Notes under the pieces: model-generated
Databases searched by the model: none
The model's input: only the letters and a program-made list of their open reading frames with translations
What the model was told of the DNA's origin: nothing
Made by a program: the position numbers and the translations under genes
Part shown: positions 59,901 through 64,000 of the stretch, in pieces
Layout of the letters: every line of letters starts with the position of its first letter
Numbering within the stretch: position 1 is the stretch's first letter
Source of the DNA: Schmidtea polychroa
Lineage: Eukaryota
NCBI GenBank assembly: GCA_044892525.1
Contig: CM097888.1
Coordinates: 64,170,001 to 64,234,000 of the forward strand
Length of the DNA stretch: 64,000 nt
Direction of reading: 5' to 3'

Positions 59901-62900
59901 ACAATGGATATGTATTGGCAAAGAAAAAAGATTTGGATTGTAAATTGCATCGAGTATTTGTTGGATCTGTAAAAGTTGGTAAAGACCAAACCGAAATGAG
60001 CTTAGAAGAAGCGATAAAAGCGAAAGTTATTGATCAATTAGAAAATGTTTACAGAATCGAAGAAGAAAACATAGAAATACGAATAATGGATGCGATAATG
60101 TTGGGAATAATAAATATTGAAAACAAAACTGATGACGAAGAAATCAATTCTAAATCTTTTGCAATTGTACAAAGGAAACCGACTGATCCGGAAATCGAAG
60201 AATTATGTGAATATTCATCAAATAAAGAATTGAACATGAAAATATTGTGCAGGGCAATTGAATGTGATTGCATGAATGAATTTCTGATTTACGATGATGT
60301 GAAAGAAAGTATTGCGAAAAGCATATTCAACAATCATTTAGAACTAGATCCAATGATTTGTGATGTAGGCGAAGAAAAGCAAAGTATCCTAAAAGGATTC
60401 GTAAAGGGCTTGATCGATTATGAAGAAATGAAACGGTTTTTAGAAAATGTGAAAGATTTATTTGTCGGAGAAATATTGGAAACGATTAATGAAGATTCAA
60501 ATGGAAAAGAAATAATGAAAGAATTGAATAGTGATGAAATGAAAGATCGATATGAGGAAATGTTAATAATTGATGAAAAGAATTTCACAATAGAAAGTGT
60601 ATCAAATATTGATGAAAATGATGAGAATAAGAAATATCGAACAAAGATTAATGTTGGAAAATTATTGAAAAATCTTAATCAATTGAAATGTTTTGATAAA
60701 TTTGAAATCGACACAATTGAGAATGCAGTCATTGGAAGGAATGAAGATAGAAAGGAAGAGTTCGAAATGACAATATTTGAATCAGTAATGAATGGAACTT
60801 TTGATTTGGATGAATTGGAAACTTTTGATGAGAAAGAAAAAGAAATGTGTTCAATGATTGAAAGTGTGAAACGAGGACTGATTGATGTGAAAACGGCAGA
60901 AAATATTTTGGATTGTTTAGAATCAATGAGCTTTGAAGAACTAATAAAAGCCAAAATATTTGACATTGAAAACAATTGTTTTGATAAAACTTTGTCATTG
61001 GAAGAAGCGATTGAAGAAGATTTGTTGAAACCAGAAGTTGTATATATGAATTTATGTGAAGGAAATAAATTAATAAATTTAAGTAAAATGATTGAATGTG
61101 GAATGTTGAATGCTTCGGAAAACGAAGTGAAGATCGAGAAAAGAAATGGCGAAATAGTTGAAATGAAATTGAATGAAGCACTGAAGGAAGAAAACGGAAT
61201 ATTGTCATGTACTATCAATAGTGAAGAAATAAAAAAGCAATTTCCAAGACAATTGAAAGACTTGTTAACAAATGGAGAAATTGATTACAATCAAGATCTT
61301 ATTTGTTTTGGGAACACCGTTTTAGAAATGAGATTGAAAGACGCTTTTGATAAAAATCTTGCAAATCTGGAATCTTTTGTAATTTTAACTGATAACATTT
61401 CTCATAACGCGAAGAAAGTTTTTTACTATGGGAATAATAATTTAATCGATATCATGCTGGGCTTATATTATCTTGGATGTAATTTATCAGAAATTCAAAA
61501 GAAGTGTGTCAGTGAAGATATGAATTTAAATAATTTTGATGTTTGTTTAATTTCTTTTTGTTTGTTTTTTAATTTATTCATAGGCGGTTTTCTCCGAATT
61601 CCAATTATTATCCGAGGAAAAGCATATATTATTTAACAAATTTAACGAAATGCTTAGCGGCTATTCTCCATCATCTGTGAAAAACATGACATCCGACATG
61701 AAGAATCTTTGTTCTCGAAAGGAAGAAATTGATTCACTATTTCATGATGTAAGTTTTGTAGTTCTTTTAATTATCACTTTAAATATTTTTATATTTATAT
61801 TTTTTATTTATTTGGTTTACATATTTAACTTATATGTTATATAATTTGTATAAATTATATTGTTATACTTGCTGCTGTGTATATATCCTAAGTCATGTTT
61901 CTATTATCATTTGAAGTGTTTTTGATTTTTTCCTTTTTAATAATATTATTATATTATCATTATATATCAGTATATTAATTAATAGAAAATTAAATACTTC
62001 TGTTACCAAGATGAATTGCCACTGCGAAAAGATGTATTTTACTTTAATTCACCATCAATCAACAATTGAATCCCCTCTTTAATGTCTTGCGAGGTATCGA
62101 AAATAAATGTTAAATCTTTGCCAAAATGTATAACACTCTGACATAGTTCCTTTGCTGTCAATACAATTTCACCTTATGCCTTTAATTAAGAAATATTTAT
62201 GTCTAAATTATAAATAATTAAACGATTAATGAGTATTGTCACTGGGATTTTTAAAAATAAAAATTCAACTGAATTTATTAAAAATATAATATAAGATACC
62301 AATTCTTTATATTGTATTATCAACAATAATGTGAGTTTGTATCTCATTTAAGAAGTCATATTATTTGGCCATTAAAAGTATTTGTATGTGTATTAAAAAT
62401 TTTTTGCCTTAAATTTAATATAACACATGATCCATTTATTCAATAAACAAAAGGTTAGCTTCCAAGAATTTTATAATTATTTTATATATAGTTTCTAGAC
62501 AACATTTTGAAAAAAATTTAATAAAAATTCCATAGAAAAATTTGTGCATTATCGAATTCAGATAATCGCGTATTATGTTTAAACTGTAATCAATTTTTCT
62601 TTCCTTTTCTTTCACACTTCGTATCAAGTGAAGAATGAGAAAGGAGAAGATTCAATGAGAAAAGAGATGGATTAAAATCAGAAAAATCTTGGTTTTGTAT
62701 AAAAACAGGACATATTTTGGGTCGAAATTCTTTCAATTAATAAACACTGAGGATATATCTTACCTATTTATTTATCTGATAATTTTCCACTGAAAATTTT
62801 ATTATATTATATATATATTAATAATACATATTTTTTAAAATAGGTTCAAGAATCTATGTTAAATTACAAAGTAACATTGTCAGAAAATCAGAATTCTTGT

Positions 62901-64000
62901 TTGGCTAATTCTCTGCAAGATTCCATAAACAAATTGAAACTAAAGTTGAATACCATGCTTCGTCAAATTAAAAAATATTTACCTTTCAAAAAGATGGAAA
63001 AAGTGAAGGGCTTATCGCAAAATGACATGTTAGAAATAATTGATACACTGAAATCATATCAGCCAGATTTGTCGTTCTCTTTTGAATCCATTAACAAATT
63101 TGAAATTTCTTTGGCCAATGTTCAAGCAATTTCCAATTCATCTATCAAAGCTTTGTCACTCGAAGAGGACCTTTATTCATTAAAAGAATTGTTTACTAAT
63201 ATTTTTACGGAAGTCGAGTTAATTTTGAATTGGTTGGAAAATCTTTTGGGTGAATTTAACGCTAGAGAGAGCGATATTCAAGATATAAAATTTGATTTGA
63301 ACGAGTTTGAAATAAAATTTATTGAAGAAACGAAATTCATTAGTATTAGTGATGAAAATTTATCGTTATTTTCAAATAAGTTATCGGTTCTTGAAAACGA
63401 TTTGTTGGAAATCGAACAGTCTTTTAAAACTTTTGATAAAGATTTTCCTTTGGATTTCAAAGAAATTAAATTATTTGAAGCCTTGAATTTAGACTCTTTT
63501 GATTTATCACAAAAAATCTCTGATTTAAAAACAGGTTTCGATGTTAAATTAAAATTATTATCTGAGACAAAAACAAGACTAACAGAATTCTTTCAGATTT
63601 CAAATAAATTTAACGAAACTTTAGATACGTTGATTAGTGAACTCGGTCTTATCAAATCTAATAACAAAACTGATAAATCTCTACAAGATATAATTAATTT
63701 ACGAAAGGAATTTATTGAAACTTTAGATGAATTTGAACAGATCAAAATCTCGTGTGAGAGTTATATAAACAATTCTTTTTTTCACGATAAAGATAATTTA
63801 ATTAATCTGTATAACAATACGAAAACCAAACAAAAGGATTTGTACTTAAGAATAAACGAAGAATTGGTATTTCAGGTAATCAATTTTAATTTTACTTTTT
63901 TATCTAATAAAATTTTCTATGTAATTTATATAGTATTAGGTGCAATACACTGAATATACTAATACGATTCATCCCAATAAAATTGATTCTATAGTTTACT
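5520..64000 (+). CDS. Giant multi-exon spectraplakin-family gene (dystonin/MACF1/Shot/VAB-10-like), partial; both ends likely lie outside the window
   Basis: A chain of GT-AG bounded exons can be spliced in one continuous frame from 5520 to the window end. Domain order is plakin-domain helices, then SH3 insert, then plakin (plectin) repeats, then spectrin-like repeats, the order known for spectraplakin long isoforms. Orthology was not tested, so no symbol is given. Confidence 0.85.
7550..8330 (-). mobile_element. Decayed hAT-like transposase fragment
   Basis: Minus-strand remnants such as VEEQFNGIAEMRIRIHG resemble the region after the second hAT catalytic Asp; a GC-rich end-like segment lies near 7550. 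Boundaries are uncertain. Confidence 0.35.
8469..8786 (+). CDS. Plakin-domain exons (8469-8585, 8643-8786) leading into the SH3 insert
   Basis: Phase-0 exons of 117 and 144 nt with GT-AG sites. They read YVKKYNLCKNGLEY... and ...KVIPTRYRICNTSEMQATVLINCCFDN, positioned like plakin KIVQLKPR...LRALCDYKQ. Missed by the ORF track. Confidence 0.7.
8862..9103. mobile_element. piggyBac-type MITE (242 bp)
   Basis: TTAA at both sides (8858-8861, 9104-9107). TIRs cccttaataacct / aggctactaaggg (11/13 match). Confidence 0.75.
9772..10171. mobile_element. Non-autonomous hAT element (400 bp)
   Basis: 16-bp TIRs cagggtttcccaaact / agtttggtaaaccctg (15/16) and a perfect 8-bp TSD cactagac (9764-9771, 10172-10179). 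Confidence 0.9.
10568..10897 (+). CDS. Plakin SH3-domain exons (10568-10746, 10792-10897)
   Basis: VELHSNEIVIVLDKDFETNLWKIR...VPSLFLILDGFDKEIIDSC resembles the plakin SH3 (W..., VPSVxLxIPPP). After a 45-nt phase-2 intron comes MKRQIISTWELIKCQFRNFI, the following helix. Confidence 0.75.
14524..14767 (+). CDS. Post-SH3 exons (14524-14644, 14691-14767)
   Basis: GT-AG exons joined by a 46-nt phase-1 intron give an open helical peptide TDCVDQTICYSILDNLIRSLE...HCLRNTIQLYN. Phases are compatible with the flanking exons. Confidence 0.55.
17106..17572 (+). CDS. Linker exons (17106-17221, 17269-17572)
   Basis: 47-nt phase-2 intron; open frame DTKLYAKHFNE...ITEEQATELELTLPTDK...TTDTQII; ends at a phase-0 donor. 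Confidence 0.6.
17622..17985 (+). CDS. Short diverged 'proto-module' (exons 17622-17733, 17777-17985)
   Basis: Same intron phases (0,1) as module exons a/b. ISQAITDNILNV...EEMTWQKAYQKNYL...QNMLTTDYIKCLL aligns with IEEAIVENLINV...DEMSWKNAIEEKL...KNMITPEYMKCLI. Confidence 0.7.
18029..20374 (+). CDS. Plakin-repeat module 1 (exons 18029-18146, 18196-20177, 20228-20374; 749 aa)
   Basis: ORF 18222-20198 is the big exon running into its intron. Repeats such as EAIEANILDLHGHLFMDELSNHLIPLRQAIDNGYV and MSLEEAIKAKVID fit plakin/plectin repeats. GT-AG sites intact; phase 0 at both ends. Confidence 0.8.
20863..22296 (+). mobile_element. IS630/Tc1/mariner-superfamily transposon (1434 bp) with ~100-bp TIRs made of ~21-bp subrepeats
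   Basis: TA on both sides. The left end has four catgttttcat..tatattcc units and the right end has their reverse complements. Contains the transposase frame. Confidence 0.9.
21101..22108 (+). pseudogene. DD34E-type transposase, one nonsense codon and catalytic E replaced by K
   Basis: ATG at 21101 (MGRKTRK..., HTH-like), in-frame TAA at 21248-21250. Motifs IFLDET, VMDNARIH and YSPELNPIK (expected NPIE), with 34 residues between the second D and the K. Confidence 0.85.
22500..22900 (+). mobile_element. Decayed mariner transposase fragment
   Basis: SSPPKEDKV...CKG...YLTKSLTLNNECYSNLIN*LNQ and GNFIFHQDN match mariner WDxKG..YL..G.TINSEYY..LL and LLHDNA regions. Confidence 0.6.
23082..25556 (+). 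CDS. Plakin-repeat module 2, diverged (exons 23082-23150, 23191-23308, 23358-25351, 25398-25556; 780 aa)
   Basis: Open frame across all four exons. Near-identical to the other modules only in 23474-24177; clearly homologous but much diverged elsewhere. Confidence 0.8.
25750..26650 (-). mobile_element. Decayed LINE reverse-transcriptase 3' fragment
   Basis: Minus-strand remnants in the expected order: QLFADL (near LFADD), TTLSWNRHFK (near KLSWxxHI), ICPMETME*FQIHC (near the C-terminal CCHC knuckle). Confidence 0.4.
27648..30147 (+). CDS. Plakin-repeat module 3 (exons 27648-27716, 27760-27880, 27931-29927, 29980-30147; 785 aa)
   Basis: ORF 27957-29942 plus short flanking exons, each with GT-AG sites and frame continuity. 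Confidence 0.8.
33793..36294 (+). CDS. Plakin-repeat module 4 (exons 33793-33861, 33907-34024, 34078-36074, 36127-36294; 784 aa)
   Basis: ORF 34104-36089; offset 6147 bp from module 3; splice sites intact. Confidence 0.8.
39940..42441 (+). CDS. Plakin-repeat module 5 (exons 39940-40008, 40054-40171, 40225-42221, 42274-42441; 784 aa)
   Basis: ORF 40251-42236; offset 6147 bp from module 4; splice sites intact. Confidence 0.8.
42735..43038. mobile_element. piggyBac-type MITE (304 bp)
   Basis: Perfect 13-bp TIRs ccctttgagggcg / cgccctcaaaggg; TTAA on the left and TTGA on the right. An empty-site homologue exists at 56868-57005 in inverted orientation. Confidence 0.85.
43148..43290 (+). repeat. 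piggyBac 5' fragment; diverged direct repeat of 45327-45467
   Basis: gaatgataaatat...taaattatcgaatgttca..ctga.gaagttgcac.aat..t.gaactgcaaaccagatcatgaagaat..agtct is shared by both copies. It encodes an acidic MFTPDEVA..IL N-terminus typical of piggyBac transposases. Confidence 0.6.
45327..49200 (+). mobile_element. Decayed piggyBac transposon, split by the hAT insertion at 45861-48185
   Basis: After the hAT: LTFEVQLCDFRGLIYFRTYISTKLDKY (near LTVDEQL.GFRGR.PFRQYIPSKP.KYG), MDNIFTT (DNxFT) and GKPEIVNCYNKTKSGVN (YNxTKGGVD). The outer ends are approximate. Confidence 0.75.
45861..48185 (-). mobile_element. hAT transposon, Buster/Charlie (ZBED5/SCAND3-like) type, 2325 bp, defective transposase
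   Basis: 15-bp TIRs cagtgttgttcaaac / gtttggacaacactg; TSD ctttataa / ctttatag. Transposase 47886-46121 has BED-like PKCIVC...LERH, QIDESTD, CMDGAP, HCMIHRE, HTEVRWLS and SYLCELEFS, with one frameshift (~47110) and one stop (46595-46597). Confidence 0.92.
49973..52474 (+). CDS. Plakin-repeat module 6 (exons 49973-50041, 50087-50204, 50258-52254, 52307-52474; 784 aa)
   Basis: ORF 50284-52269; its own variant 69-nt exon (INEQENCIKLNNLFSVHIGTNLQ); splice sites intact. Confidence 0.8.
53277..55053 (+). mobile_element. Internally deleted hAT transposon (ZMYM1/Ac-like), 1777 bp
   Basis: TIRs caggcccggct / aaccgggcctg and a perfect 8-bp TSD ggtatagg (53269-53276, 55054-55061). Remnants LKPLSDTRWESR and the dimerisation domain FPNIVVSLRILLTLPVSVAAGEKSFSRLKLIKNYLRSTISQEKL are present; the N-terminal half is missing. 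Confidence 0.92.
56868..57005. repeat. Dispersed repeat, inverted copy of 42613-43070 lacking the MITE
   Basis: The reverse complement aligns over ~140 bp (gatatttaaataa.taattta.taataaaatatata...gtaaaagtat.ataag.at.aatgctg.cacgcataatta...ttaattaattaattcgccatttaaatt). Confidence 0.8.
57560..58560 (-). mobile_element. Decayed mariner (DD34D-type) transposon
   Basis: Minus strand: VIKFLV...TYGDN...SRNTIFDWIRQFK (HTH), RRITIKNISQRLNVSTG, QDNSQIH and DHPPYRPDLALSDFYLFRH (canonical HPPYSPDLAPSDF). Multiple frameshifts. Confidence 0.8.
59262..61748 (+). CDS. Plakin-repeat module 7 (exons 59262-59330, 59376-59493, 59547-61540, 61584-61748; 782 aa)
   Basis: ORF 59573-61636 reads into a 43-nt intron after 61540. 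It has a unique 3' part of the big exon and a unique last exon. Confidence 0.8.
62844..64000 (+). CDS. Spectrin-repeat-like rod exons (62844-63875; 63940 to window end)
   Basis: Phase-0 acceptor at 62844; L/E/K-rich amphipathic helical sequence with a spectrin-like Trp (ELILNWLENL); donor CAG|GTAATC at 63875/63876; next acceptor before 63940. Confidence 0.65.

Noticed and set aside
18239-61218. Recurrent antisense ORFs (e.g. 19324-19867, 29063-29848, 35210-35995, 51390-52175, 60679-61218)
   Set aside because: They are S/F/I-rich shadows of the purine-rich sense exon. They recur only because the exon is repeated and show no independent protein features.
18196-61540. Diversity-generating retroelement or antigenic-variation cassette system (constant body, variable 3' end)
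   Set aside because: There is no intact reverse transcriptase, no template/variable repeat pair and no adenine-specific variation. The tails are old diverged paralogous sequence in a spliced eukaryotic gene.
18222-61636. Seven independent single-exon ~660-aa genes
   Set aside because: The track's 'M' starts are TTG codons just downstream of AG acceptors, the ORF ends run a few codons into GT-starting micro-introns, and flanking small exons continue the frame. They are internal exons.
1-64000. tRNA, rRNA or other structured ncRNA genes; promoter of the host gene
   Set aside because: No recognisable RNA-gene sequence was seen. The gene's 5' end (expected actin-binding CH exons) was not found in the window.

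Overview
AT-rich eukaryotic (animal) DNA, not prokaryotic. Most of the window is the interior of one giant plus-strand, multi-exon spectraplakin-family gene (dystonin/MACF1/Shot/VAB-10 type). It runs from plakin-domain and SH3 exons (5.5-14.8 kb), through linker exons (17.1-18.0 kb) and seven tandem multi-exon modules of plakin (plectin)-repeat sequence (18.0-61.7 kb), to spectrin-repeat-like exons (62.8 kb to the end). Each module is [69-nt exon]-[~118-nt exon]-[~2-kb exon]-[147-168-nt exon]; module 1 lacks the 69-nt exon. Every module is open, GT-AG bounded and phase 0 at both ends, and together they could add ~5,450 aa. The big exons are nearly identical across modules, but identity stops abruptly at or inside exons and the long inter-module introns are unrelated, except for a recent 6,147-bp tandem duplication (modules 3-5). 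SNP patterns are mosaic. This points to exon-restricted gene conversion plus unequal crossing-over in a frame-preserving cassette array. Long introns hold many decayed transposons (hAT, piggyBac, Tc1/IS630-like, mariner, LINE, possibly LTR). The long ORFs in the supplied track are single exons, not separate genes. Exon boundaries were inferred by eye from splice motifs and reading frame; no transcript or database evidence was available.
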